Below are positions 11,833 to 25,462 of a DNA stretch of 64,000 nt, piece by piece. The notes beneath the pieces were generated by a model. The model searched no databases, was not told the origin of the DNA, and saw only the letters and a list, made by a program, of their open reading frames with translations. Source of the stretch: Eledone cirrhosa. Lineage: Eukaryota. Both the position numbers and the translations under genes were made by a program. Numbering within the stretch: the first letter of the stretch is position 1; each line of letters opens with the position of its first letter. The stretch lies in assembly GCA_964016885.1 (NCBI GenBank), contig OZ024755.1, positions 34,844,001 to 34,908,000 on the forward strand, written 5' to 3'.

Positions 11833-14800
11833 ATCATTAGATCTGGGTAACATGATATTATGATCCTGCGATCATTAGATCTGGGTGATGTGATACTGCG
11901 ATCATTAGATCTGGTTGATGTGATACTGCGATCATTAAATCTGGTTGATGTGATACTGTGATACTGTGATTATTAGATCTGGTTGATGTGATACTGTGAT
12001 CATTAGATCTGGGTGATGTGATACTGTGATCATAAGATCTGGGTGATGTGATACTGTGATTATTAGATCTGGTTGATGTGATACTGTGATTATTAGATCT
12101 GGTTGATGTGATACTGTGATTATTAGATCTGGTTGATGTGATACTGTGATTATTAGATCTGGGTGATGTGATACTGTGATCATAAGATCTGGGTGATGTG
12201 ATACTGTGATCATTAGATCTGGGTGATGTGATACTGTGATTATTAGATCTGGGTGATGTGATACTGTGATTATTAGATCTGGTTGATGTGATACTGTGAT
12301 TATTAGATCTGGGTGATGTGATACTGTGATTATTAGATCTGGGTGATGTGATACTGCGATTGTTAGATCTGGTTGATGTGATACTGTGATTATTAGATCT
12401 GGTTGATGTGATACTGTGATTATTAGATCTGGTTGATGTGATACTGTGATTATTAGATCTGGGTGATGTGATACTGTGATTATTAGATCTGGGTGATGTG
12501 ATACTGTGATTATTAGATCTGGGTGATGTGATACTGTGATTATTAGATCTGGGTGATGTGATACTGTGATTATTAGATCTGGGTGATGTGATACTGTGAT
12601 CATTAGATCTGGTTGATGTGATACTGTGATTATTAGATCTGGTTGATGTGATACTGTGATTATTAGATCTGGGTGATGTGATACTTTCATTATTAGATCT
12701 GGGTGATGTGATACTGTGATTATTAGATCTGGTTGATGTGATACTGTGATTATTAGATCTGGTTGATGTGATACTGTGATCATTAGATCTGGGTGATGTG
12801 ATACTTTGATTATTAGATCTGGGTGATGTGATACTGTGATACTGTGATTATTAGATCTGGTTGATGTGATACTTTGATTATTAGATCTGGGTGATGTGAT
12901 ACTGTGATTATTAGATCTGGGTGATGTGATACTGTGATTATTAGATCTGGGTGATGTGATACTGTGATACTGTGATTATTAGATCTGGTTGATGTGATAC
13001 TGTGATTATTAGATCTGGTTGATGTGATACTGCGATTGTTAGATCTGGTTGATGTGATACTGTGATTATTAGATCTGGTTGATGTGATACTGTGATTATT
13101 AGATCTGGTTGATGTGATACTGTGATTATTAGATCTCGTTGATGTGATACTGTGATTATTAGATCTGGGTGATGTGATACTGTGATTATTAGATCTGGGT
13201 GATGTGATACTGTGATTATTAGATCTGGGTGATGTGATACTGTGATTATTAGATCTGGGTGATGTGATACTGTGATTATTAGATCTGGGTGATGTGATAC
13301 TGTGATTATTAGATCTGGGTGATGTGATACTGTGATTATTAGATCTGGGTGATGTGATACTGTGATCATTAGATCTGGTTGATGTGATACTGTGATTATT
13401 AGATCTGGTTGATGTGATACTGTGATTATTAGATCTGGGTGATGTGATACTTTCATTATTAGATCTGGGTGATGTGATACTGTGATTATTAGATCTGGTT
13501 GATGTGATACTGTGATTATTAGATCTGGTTGATGTGATACTGTGATCATTAGATCTGGGTGATGTGATACTTTGATTATTAGATCTGGGTGATGTGATAC
13601 TGTGATACTGTGATTATTAGATCTGGTTGATGTGATACTGTGATTATTAGATCTGGGTGATGTGATACTGTGATTATTAGATCTGGGTGATGTGATACTG
13701 TGATTATTAGATCTGGGTGATGTGATACTGTGATACTGTGATTATTAGATCTGGTTGATGTGATACTGTGATTATTAGATCTGGTTGATGTGATACTGCG
13801 ATTGTTAGATCTGGTTGATGTGATACTGTGATTATTAGATCTGGTTGATGTGATACTGTGATTATTAGATCTGGTTGATGTGATACTGTGATTATTAGAT
13901 CTGGTTGATGTGATACTGTGATTATTAGATCTGGTTGATGTGATACTGTGATTATTAGATCTGGGTGATGTGATACTGTGATTATTAGATCTGGGTGATG
14001 TGATACTGTGATTATTAGATCTGGGTGATGTGATACTGTGATTATTAGATCTGGTTGATGTGATACTATGATTATTAGATCTGGTTGATGTGATACTGTG
14101 ATTATTAGATCTGGGTGATGTGATACTGTGATTATTAGATCTTGGTGATGTGATACTGTGATTATTAGATCTGGGTGATGTGATACTGCGATTGTTAGAT
14201 CTGGTTGATGTGATACTGTGATTATTAGATCTGGTTGATGTGATACTGTGATTATTAGATCTGGGTGATGTGATACTTTCATTATTAGATCTGGGTGATG
14301 TGATACTGTGATTATTAGATCTGGTTGATGTGATACTGTGATTATTAGATCTGGGTGATGTGATACTGTGATTATTAGATCTGGTTGATGTGATACTGTG
14401 ATTATTAGATCTGGTTGATGTGATACTGTGATTATTAGATCTGGGTGATGTGATACTGTGATTATTAGATCTGGTTGATGTGATACTGTGATTATTAGAT
14501 CTGGTTGATGTGATACTGTGATTATTAGATCTGGGTGATGTGATACTGTGATTATTAGATCTGGGTGATGTGATACTGTGATTATTAGATCTGGGTGATG
14601 TGATACTGTGATTATTAGATCTGGGTGATGTGATACTGCGATTGTTAGATCTGGTTGATGTGATACTGTGATTATTAGATCTGGGTGATGTGATACTGTG
14701 ATCATTAGATCTGGGTGATGTGATACTTTCATTATTAGATCTGGGTGATGTGATACTGTGATTATTAGATCTGGGTGATGTGATACTGTGATTATTAGAT

Positions 14801-15390
14801 CTGGGTGATGTGATACTGTGATCATTAGATCTGGGTGATGTGATACTTTGATTATTAGATCTGGGTGATGTGATACTGTGATTATTAGATCTGGGTGATG
14901 TGATACTGTGATTATTAGATCTGGGTGATGTGATACTGTGATTATTAGATCTGGGTGATGTGATACTGTGATTATTAGATCTGGGTGATGTGATACTGTG
15001 ATTATTAGATCTGGTTGATGTGATACTGTGATTATTAGATCTGGGTGATGTGATACTGTGATTATTAGATCTGGGTGATGTGATACTGTGATCATTAGAT
15101 CTGGGTGATGTGATACTTTGATTATTAGATCTGGGTGATGTGATACTGTGATTATTAGATCTGGGTGATGTGATACTGTGATTATTAGATCTGGTTGATG
15201 TGATACTGTGATTATTAGATCTGGGTGATGTGATACTGTGATTATTAGATCTGGTTGATGTGATACTGTGATTATTAGATCTGGGTGATGTGATACTGTG
15301 ATTATTAGATCTGGGTGATGTGATACTGTGATTATTAGATCTGGGTGATGTGATACTGTGATTATTAGATCTGGGTGATGTCATACTGTG
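11833..15390. repeat. 30-bp satellite array, about 3.5 kb (about 115-120 units)
   Basis: Unit TTAGATCTGG(G/T)TGATGTGATACTGTGATTA with occasional 8-bp ATACTGTG duplications. Confidence 0.98.
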
Positions 15391-15747
15391 ATGATGGTGA
15401 TGATAATGATGATGGTGATGATAATGATGATGGTGGTGATGAGGAAGATGGTGGTGGTGATGATGATGGTGAATATGATGATGATGAAGTGCTTTATGAC
15501 TGAAATATTCTTACACATTATTTTATTCACTTTACTTTCTATAGAAATTCTTCATCCAGTATTACACTTTACTAACCTACCATCCAATTCTATGAAATGG
15601 AACAGCACAATTCAGACTTATCTCTCTCTCATTAACACATACCTCATCAAAAATGTCACAGCTGTTTTATTCTGGCAAATATCTCAAAAGCTTGTCTTGA
15701 AAATGAAATCAAATTATATCTCCATCTCTATTTCTTCCCCACCAACC

Positions 15748-15809
<62 letters not shown>

Positions 15810-15811
<2 letters not shown>

Positions 15812-15852
15812 AAATAAAATGCAAGTGTCATGTGCCAACCAATTTGTGCTAG

Positions 15853-15898
<46 letters not shown>

Positions 15899-15941
15899 CT
15901 ACCACAAATTGGTTGGCACATGGCTCTTGCATTTTATTTTA
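15810..15941. repeat. Inverted repeat (about 45-bp arms) centred on (TA)n
   Basis: AAAATAAAATGCAAG...CCAACCAATTTGTG / CACAAATTGGTTGG...CTTGCATTTTATTTT; related single copy at 18790-18838. Confidence 0.85.
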
Positions 15942-16000
15942 AAGATATATATATATGTGTGTGTGTGAGAAAGAGAGAGAGGGAGTATGTGTGTATGTGA

Positions 16001-16042
<42 letters not shown>

Positions 16043-16057
16043 GATATATATATATAT

Positions 16058-16397
16058 GGAGGCACATGGCTTAGTGGTTAGAGCATTGGCCTTGCAATCG
16101 AAAGGTTGTGAGTTCAATTCTCAGACCGGGTGATGTGTTGTTTCCTTGAGCAAGACACTTTATTTCACATTGCTTCAGTTTACTCAGCTGTAGAAATGAG
16201 ATGATAGGGACCTCAGTCCCCATCATTCCACTGTAGAGTGCTCATGGAGGTGCCACAGCAAAAACCACCCAGCACTCACTGTAAATGAGGTTGGTGTTAG
16301 GAAGGGCATCCAGCTGTAGAAATCAAGCCAGAATCAGTTCCTATCCCACCCTTGCAAGCAGGGAAAAAGCGGATGGAAAATGAAATGATGATGATGA

Positions 16398-16401
<4 letters not shown>
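16058..16401 (+). mobile_element. SINE family A, full length
   Basis: GGAGGCACATGGCTTAGTGG...(GAT)n. Confidence 0.92.
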
Positions 16402-16431
<30 letters not shown>

Positions 16432-17186
16432 GTATGCAAGGGTGGGATAGGAACTGATTCTGGCTTGATTTCTACAGCTGGATGCAATTTTTCGGCTCTG
16501 TTTAACTAAATTGAGCTATACCTTTTACTGTCATTTCTATAATACGAAGAGGGTGTTTAACTCCAACACGCTCCAGTATTTTAAGCCTTGTATATATATA
16601 TATATATATGCAGATATATATATATATATATATCTGTACATATGTATATATATATACACTTACAGTAAACACTGATGCAATTCAATTCAAGCACTCAACG
16701 CACTTATTCCACATAGGAGTGATGGAGTATATTTAGAATAAGAAAATGCGAAGTAGTTTCAGATGTTAAAGTCCTTTATTGATAATGTTGTGATATATAT
16801 TTCAATGACGACAGTGACCACACGATTCCGTGTACCCAATGCCGTGACATCATCAGACAGCTTCTTATATAATAAGGTTACATTCCCGACGCAATCCAAA
16901 ATATATCACACACTCCACTTTGCATACCTCCTCATTACCAAGACTATCCAATGGCTTCCTTGTTCGCCCTCTTCATTTTTGTTATTTTATTTTGTGTCTT
17001 TACTGGACTTTCTGTTTCTACATTGTGATCTTCTCTCTATTTGTACCCCTGAAGAAGGGCTTAAGTCCAGCACGTCAAACTTTCTTTCCTCTTTCCAATA
17101 TAAAGCGTGAAACTAATAAGACTTTTTGTTCCGCTATTTGGTGTCTCCTTAAACTATATATATATATATAGTTTATATATATATAT

Positions 17187-18660
17187 ATCATCATCATCAT
17201 CGTTTAACGTGTATCTTCCATGCTAGCATGGGTTTAGATGGGAATTGTCCCACTTGAGGCAAGATTGGTTGTCTCACTCGTATAGGACTATCTGGCAGGT
17301 TTTCTACAGCTGGATGCCCTTCCTAACACCAACCACATTTACAGTGTGGAACTGGGAGGTTTTTACCGTGTTACCTACACGACCACATTACAGCGTGGAC
17401 TGTGTGTTTTTTTGTCGTGACGCCTACATGACCTAATTTATTTGGGACTAGATGTTGTGGTACCAACATAACTTTACAGAGAAAGGGGTCGTGTAGATGG
17501 CGGTGGGGGGGGGGGGATATATATTTGGTTAAGAGGTGCCTACTGACTGTAAGTTTCGCTTTGTACATAGGCAAGGTGGAACTTCTCTATTACTGCGTAG
17601 TGCCAAAGATTTCGATCCAATGACATTGTCTTAGAAAGGTGTAAGTGTGTAAGGTCGGAATTTATCAAATCGTTGCAGGTTTTTCTGGGTCTACCTACTT
17701 CGTAACTTCCAATAATTTTGATCGTCCTGCACTTTTTTTTTATACAGCTGTCGTCTTTCATGCGCATCACGTGACCATACCAACGTAGTCTTCTCTCAAG
17801 TAAACAGCATCTGATCCCTCTTATTCCTAATTTCTCACTTAGCTCATTTATGCTTTGCCGTTCACGTATATTACTATTACACATCCAACGGAGCAAGCAA
17901 GCTTCGTTCCTCTCCAGTCTGCACAGACCCTTGCACACAATGCGCAGGTCTCACTGCCATGCAACATTGCTGTTCGTATGCAGGCATCATACAGTCTGCC
18001 TTTCATTTTTAGAGAGAAACCTTTAGTGGCCAATAGTGGCATAAGCTCTCTGAACTTTTTCCATCCCGTTCTGACTCTGGCTACTGTACTTTCAGAGCAC
18101 CCTCCACCACTGCTGATTTTGTCACCCAGGTCACGGAAGGTGTCCACTATTTCTATAGAACCATCTGGTCAATAGAAGGAGCTAGTATCCTGTGGGCACT
18201 TGCTATTTATTGCACCTGAGCACCGACCACATATAAAATCTACATTCTTAGATAGCTTACCTGTGATCCCACTACATCTTTTATGGACCCATAGTTTGCA
18301 TTTGGGACATAAAATGGAATTTCTGCCTACTCCTTTCCTACACACTGAGCATGGCCATTTCCCAGAGGGGACCTGCACCCTATTTTCCTTCCTACATACT
18401 AGAACTTTAGTCTTAGACAAGTTAACTTTAAGGCCTTTTGATTCTAGGCCATGCCCTCCATGTTTGGAATTTCTTCTCTAGTTCAGCCATCGATTTAGCT
18501 ATGAGTGTTAGATCATCTGCATATAGGAGTTCCCATGGGCAGCCGGTCTTGAACTCCTCTGTTATAGCCTGAAGGGCAATAATAAATAGGAGGGACTAAG
18601 GACAAAGCCCTGATGAACACCAACATTTACGCTAAATAATTCTTCACTATATTCGTTGAT
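17187..18660 (-). mobile_element. 5'-truncated, frameshifted RTE LINE (family 1): RT, PHD-like insert and 3'UTR
   Basis: LLYADDL, KTKVLV, CSVC...CPKC...HKRC...CGRC, MLHGSET, RRLRWYGHV; homologous to 31702-33345. Confidence 0.93.
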
Positions 18661-18707
18661 ATATATATGTGCTTCCTGATGATTTCTCTGTAGAAGCTTT
18701 TCTATAT

Positions 18708-18762
<55 letters not shown>

Positions 18763-19560
18763 CACACACACACACACATTTATATCTTTAAAATAAAATA
18801 CAAGTGCCAAGTGGCAACCAATTTGTTCTAGATTTATTTGGGAAATGACAAATTGATAACTTTCTGTTTTGCTCTCTCTCTCTCTGTCTCCCTCTCAAAT
18901 TGTTGACAAGCTGGCCAGTAGTCAGGCAGGTACTGTCTATAGCAATATGTTTATCTTCAATGAAAAACAAAGCAACTTCTATCTATCTATCTATCTGTCT
19001 GTCTGTCTGTCTACGTTCCTCACTACCCATCTATCTTTTTATCTATCTATCTGTCTGATTGTCAATCTCTAGTTAACTATTTATGTATATTTACCAATGT
19101 ATCTAGTTTTGGACAAGAACAACAGTTGCAACAACGAAATACAAATTCCTATGAGAGTCCAAAGATAGATGGCTAAATAGGTAGGTAGAACATATATGGT
19201 TGATAATGATTGCAGGAAAATATACAAGAAAATTGTGTTAATTAATTTAAATAAATATAGAATGGAATTCAGCAATAGCCAGAGTGACAAGGAGGAGACA
19301 ACCAAGGAAAATTGAGGAATCAGGCAACTATACATAGAATGTTGTAATCAATAAATTATTAAATTAAATACAATTCAAATATAATTCAAATATAAAAGAT
19401 ATATATATGTTGAGAGAGAAAGAATCACATACCATTTGAGAAACACAGTATTTTGACAACATATGTAAAGCAAATATTATTCAGGAAAATATAGGAACTT
19501 TAAGTTGGAAAAAGTCGTTTTCCCACCTTAAATTATGTATATTTTCATGAGTATTATTTG

Positions 19561-19600
<40 letters not shown>

Positions 19601-19758
19601 ACAAAATATTAGGTATTTATCAAATGGCATATGGTTCTTTCTTTGTGTGTATATATCTTTTACATTTGAATTATTAATGCTCTGAACCAAGTTTTATTGA
19701 GGTTATTTATTGAGAAATATGATCATCATACATATTAAATATGTGTTGATACCTTAAG

Positions 19759-20135
<377 letters not shown>

Positions 20136-20493
20136 AACTCTGTGTGGATTTCAGAAAGATAGGACTCATTTCTTCATATCTACAAAATTATGTTCAAATA
20201 GTATGTGTAACTCACTTTTCGTAAAGATGGCTGTATATTTGTTATTTATATTTGTGTGTATGTGACTTGCAACTGTGTTAAACATTCTATGTATCAGCCA
20301 TTACGGTTCTCACTTCTCACCCACCCCACCTCCACCACATTCGGTATACATGTCCAACGCTGTATGCTAACCACTCCCTCGTGAATATATCATAGAACAG
20401 ACAAGGGGCGGACGGAGGCTCCGTAAGCCGCAATGTAGGCAACTCGTCTAGGAGAGCTACCACTCCAAATAAAGTGGTGTGGGGTAGAGAAGT

Positions 20494-20840
20494 CCCCTAA
20501 GTCCAGTAAGACAACTTCCCTAGTGCTGGTGGCACAAATAAAAGCACCTAGTCCATGCTGTAAAATGGAGGGGGTGGATAGGGCCCCTGAGTTCAGTAAG
20601 ACAGCCTCTCTAGTGCTGGTGGCATGAATAAAAGCACCTAGTCCATGCTGTAAAATGGAGGGGGTGGATAGGGCCCCTGAGTTCAGTAAGACAGCCTCTC
20701 TAGTGCTGGTGGCATGAATAAAAGCACCTAGTCCATGCTGTAAAATGGAGGGGGTGGATAGGGCCCCTGAGTTCAGTAAGACAGCCTCTCTAGTGCTGGT
20801 GGCATGAATAAAAGCACCCAGTCCATGCTGTAAAGTGGTG
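20494..20840. repeat. 90-bp tandem repeat, about 3.8 copies
   Basis: CCCCTGAGTTCAGTAAGACA-type starts at 20494, 20584, 20674 and 20764. Confidence 0.92.
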
Positions 20841-20910
20841 CTGGTGTTAGGAGGGGCAGCCACCCAGTATAAGAAATGCCAAAATTACAAGCACAACAAA
20901 TAAGAATTGC

Positions 20911-21530
20911 AACAACTGCGCCAACAGCAATAACACTTACCATGTTAAAGCTGCACACGGTAGTGGAGTGGCTGGTGAGGCCATGTGCGAGACCCCCCCC
21001 CCCCCCCCTGCCCCCGACCGTCATCAAGCAATCGCACAAAAACAACTGCGTCAACAGCAATAACACTTACCATGTTAAAGCTGCACACGGTAGTGGAGTG
21101 GCTGGTGAGGCCATGTGCGAGACCCCCCCCCCCCCTGCCCCCGACCGTCATCAAGCAATAGCACAAAAACAACTGCGTCAACAGCAATAACACTTACCAT
21201 GTTAAAGCTGCACACGGTAGTGGAGTGGCTGGTGAGGCCATGTGCGAGACCCCCCCCCCCCTGCCCCCGACCGTCATCAAGCAATCGCACAAAAACAACT
21301 GCGTCAACAGCAATAACACTTACCATGTTAAAGCTGCACACGGTAGTGGAGTGGCTGGTGAGGCCATGTGCGAGAACACCCCCCCCCCCGAATGTCATCA
21401 AGCAATCGCACAAAAACAACTGCGTCAACAGCAATAACACTAACCATGTTAAAGCTGCACACGGTAGTGGGGTGGCTGGTGAGGCCATGTGTGAGAACCC
21501 CACGACAGTCATCAGGCAATCGCACAACAG
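20911..21530. repeat. 121-130-bp tandem repeat, 5 copies, variable poly-C tract
   Basis: AACAACTGCGTCAACAGCAATAACAC recurs five times. Confidence 0.92.
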
Positions 21531-21950
21531 GAAAAAGAACGAGATGTCGAATCCCAGAGTTTCCACACTTAATGTTGGCACTCTAACAGGTAGATCTGGT
21601 GAAATAGCGGAGATGCTGGAGAGAAGGCATGTGGATGTGTGCTGAGTGCAAGAGGTGCGCGCAGGCAAACATCGTAGTTATAAGCTTTTCTGGGTGGGTA
21701 ATGATGATGGGTTAGGTGGGATGGGCATATTACTGGCTGAGAGATGGATCAATAAGACAATAGAGGTAGTTAGAATTAGTAATAGAATAATTAAGCTTAG
21801 ATTAGTTGTAGGCAAGAGACTACTGACAATCATCTTTGCCAATGCTCCACAAGCAGGCCTAGGTAAAGAAGAGAAAGACTGCTTTTACAAACAGCCTCAA
21901 TGACAGAGGACAGAGACATCGTTATGCTAGCGGGGGACTTCAATGGACAT

Positions 21951-22071
21951 GTTATTTATTTTGAGAACAATACCTTAACATAAGTATGAACGGCCGGTTA
22001 TGGCTGGCTTGAACAGAAAGAAGTAAGAAAATTCTGGCCAGATACGGCTGGTTTAAATGCTAAACAGTTAA
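21951..22071 (+). mobile_element. Right half of the piggyBac-type MITE
   Basis: TTTTGAGAACAATACCTTAAC...TTTAAATGCTAAACAGTTAA. Confidence 0.75.
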
Positions 22072-22214
22072 CATGCAAAAAGGGAAACATATTGAAGCTG
22101 GAAAAAAGGAAAAAACTTAGATTTTCATGAAAGATATGTGGTAGGGTGGCAGAGCTTAACAAAAGAGGTTTTGACTGAATTTCAGAGATAAAAGACTGAA
22201 GGATGGCGTAAGAA

Positions 22215-22740
22215 GATGAGAGAGGGGGGTGGAATGAGAGAGTGGTGGAGTGAGAGAGTGGTGGAGTGAGAGAGTGGTGGAGTGAGAGAGAGAGAAAGAG
22301 AGAGGGGGGTGGAATGAGTGAGAAAGAAAGAGTGAGGGAGGGAATGGGTGAGAGGGAAAGAGTGAGGGAGCGGGGAGGGGTGGAATGGGTGAGAGAGAAA
22401 GAGTGAGGGAGGGGGAGGGATAGTGAGGGAGGGGGAGGGATAGAAAGAGTGAGGGAGGGGAGGGATGGAATGAGTGAGAAAGAAAGAGTGAGGGAGAGAA
22501 AGAGGGAATAAGTGAGTGAGAGAGATGGGGAGTGAGTGAGAGAAAGAGAGAGAGAGGGTGGGAGGGAAAGAGAGAGAGGGGGGTGGGAGAGAGAGAGAGG
22601 AGGGACTGAGAGAAAGAGAGGAGGGACTGAGAGAAAGAGAGGAGGGACTGAGAGAAACAGAGTTGGAAAAACAGTGAGAGAGAGAGAGAAACAGGGAGAG
22701 AAGGAGAGGGGGGAGAGAGAAATGGAGATAGATAGAGATC
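22215..22740. repeat. GA-rich polypurine low-complexity tract
   Basis: Direct reading. Confidence 0.9.
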
Positions 22741-23007
22741 AAAGAAGAAATAGAAAAGGGAGGAAGGGTATGATGCAAATAAAAACTGTAGTTTATTGAG
22801 AAATGTGTTGTATCGATATAAATATAACATTAACAGAAAATACACAGAGTAGTAGTTATATAAGACAAACCGACAACTGCATCCTTACTTCATCAGCCAC
22901 TGCTCATGCAAGCATCGAAAATCAACATAAAACAGTGATGATAATAAATATTTATAAATATATACCCTTGCTAGCAGGGAAAGCGGATGTTAAAACGATG
23001 ATGATGA

Positions 23008-23631
<624 letters not shown>

Positions 23632-23789
23632 TTGGAATAAATGCTCTGAAATAGCGATATATATGTGAATATAGACATAGAATATTCGAAAATATTCTGT
23701 ATGTTTATAATAAACATTTTGAAGACCTAATCGCTATAGAATAGAATACGTCACGTATTACAATTAGATTCTCGACAAAAGCAAGGGAA

Positions 23790-23832
23790 GTAATCTACGC
23801 GTTTCATTCTTGTTAGAAATCATCAGGACTAC
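23790..23832 (-). ncRNA. Type I hammerhead ribozyme (same motif at 24100, 24410, 24720 and 25030 on minus)
   Basis: GUAGUC-CUGAUGA-U-UUCU(AACA)AGAA-U-GAAA-CGC-GUA^GAUUAC; stem I GUAGUC/GAUUAC; palindromic stem III ACGCGU. Confidence 0.82.
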
Positions 23833-25419
23833 ATATCCAGTGCTTTTATCGAGAATGACACAGCTAGAGACTTATAGAATACTTAGCTGTGTACAGGAAC
23901 TGGTTTGAAAGAGCGGTTGCCGGTCCGGCAGAAATTAGAAATTGGAATAAATGCTCTGAAATAGCGATATATATGTGAATATAGACATAGAATATTCGAA
24001 AATATTCTGTATGTTTATAATAAACATTTTGAAGACCTAATCGCTATAGAATAGAATACGTCACGTATTACAATTAGATTCTCGACAAAAGCAAGGGAAG
24101 TAATCTACGCGTTTCATTCTTGTTAGAAATCATCAGGACTACATATCCAGTGCTTTTATCGAGAATGACACAGCTAGAGACTTATAGAATACTTAGCTGT
24201 GTACAGGAACTGGTTTGAAAGAGCGGTTGCCGGTCCGGCAGAAATTAGAAATTGGAATAAATGCTCTGAAATAGCGATATATATGTGAATATAGACATAG
24301 AATATTCGAAAATATTCTGTATGTTTATAATAAACATTTTGAAGACCTAATCGCTATAGAATAGAATACGTCACGTATTACAATTAGATTCTCGACAAAA
24401 GCAAGGGAAGTAATCTACGCGTTTCATTCTTGTTAGAAATCATCAGGACTACATATCCAGTGCTTTTATCGAGAATGACACAGCTAGAGACTTATAGAAT
24501 ACTTAGCTGTGTACAGGAACTGGTTTGAAAGAGCGGTTGCCGGTCCGGCAGAAATTAGAAATTGGAATAAATGCTCTGAAATAGCGATATATATGTGAAT
24601 ATAGACATAGAATATTCGAAAATATTCTGTATGTTTATAATAAACATTTTGAAGACCTAATCGCTATAGAATAGAATACGTCACGTATTACAATTAGATT
24701 CTCGACAAAAGCAAGGGAAGTAATCTACGCGTTTCATTCTTGTTAGAAATCATCAGGACTACATATCCAGTGCTTTTATCGAGAATGACACAGCTAGAGA
24801 CTTATAGAATACTTAGCTGTGTACAGGAACTGGTTTGAAAGAGCGGTTGCCGGTCCGGCAGAAATTAGAAATTGGAATAAATGCTCTGAAATAGCGATAT
24901 ATATGTGAATATAGACATAGAATATTCGAAAATATTCTGTATGTTTATAATAAACATTTTGAAGACCTAATCGCTATAGAATAGAATACGTCACGTATTA
25001 CAATTAGATTCTCGACAAAAGCAAGGGAAGTAATCTACGCGTTTCATTCTTGTTAGAAATCATCAGGACTACATATCCAGTGCTTTTATCGAGAATGACA
25101 CAGCTAGAGACTTATAGAATACTTAGCTGTGTACAGGAACTGGTTTGAAAGAGCGGTTGCCGGTCCGGCAGAAATTAGAAATTGGAATAAATGCTCTGAA
25201 ATAGCGATATATATGTGAATATAGACATAGAATATGTGCGAATATTCTATTTTCGAATATTCTATGTCTATATTCACATATATATCGCTATTTCAGAGCA
25301 TTTATTCCAATTTCTAATTTCTGCCGGACCGGCAACCGCTCTTTCAAACCAGTTCCTGTACACAGCTAAGTATTCTATAAGTCTCTAGCTGTGTCATTCT
25401 CGATAAAAGCACTGGATAT

Positions 25420-25462
25420 GTAGTCCTGATGATTTCTAACAAGAATGAAACGCGTAGATTAC
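25420..25462 (+). ncRNA. Type I hammerhead ribozyme in the inverted arm (second copy 25730-25772)
   Basis: GTAGTCCTGATGATTTCTAACAAGAATGAAACGCGTAGATTAC. Confidence 0.82.

Larger units (their letters stand above)
20343..21953 (+). mobile_element. 5' part of an RTE LINE: 5'UTR with tandem expansions and a disrupted APE endonuclease
   Basis: RVSTLNVGTLTGRSGEIAEMLERRHVDVC*VQEVR...GMGILL...NAPQAG...MLAGDFNGHV; GGCAACTCGTCTAGGAGAG resembles RTE 5'UTRs. Confidence 0.85.

Noticed and set aside
11833-15390. CRISPR-like regular 30-bp periodicity
   Set aside because: No unique spacers and eukaryotic context; it is a simple satellite
22156-22845. 229-aa Ser/Leu/Pro-rich ORF
   Set aside because: Translation of a GA-rich low-complexity tract
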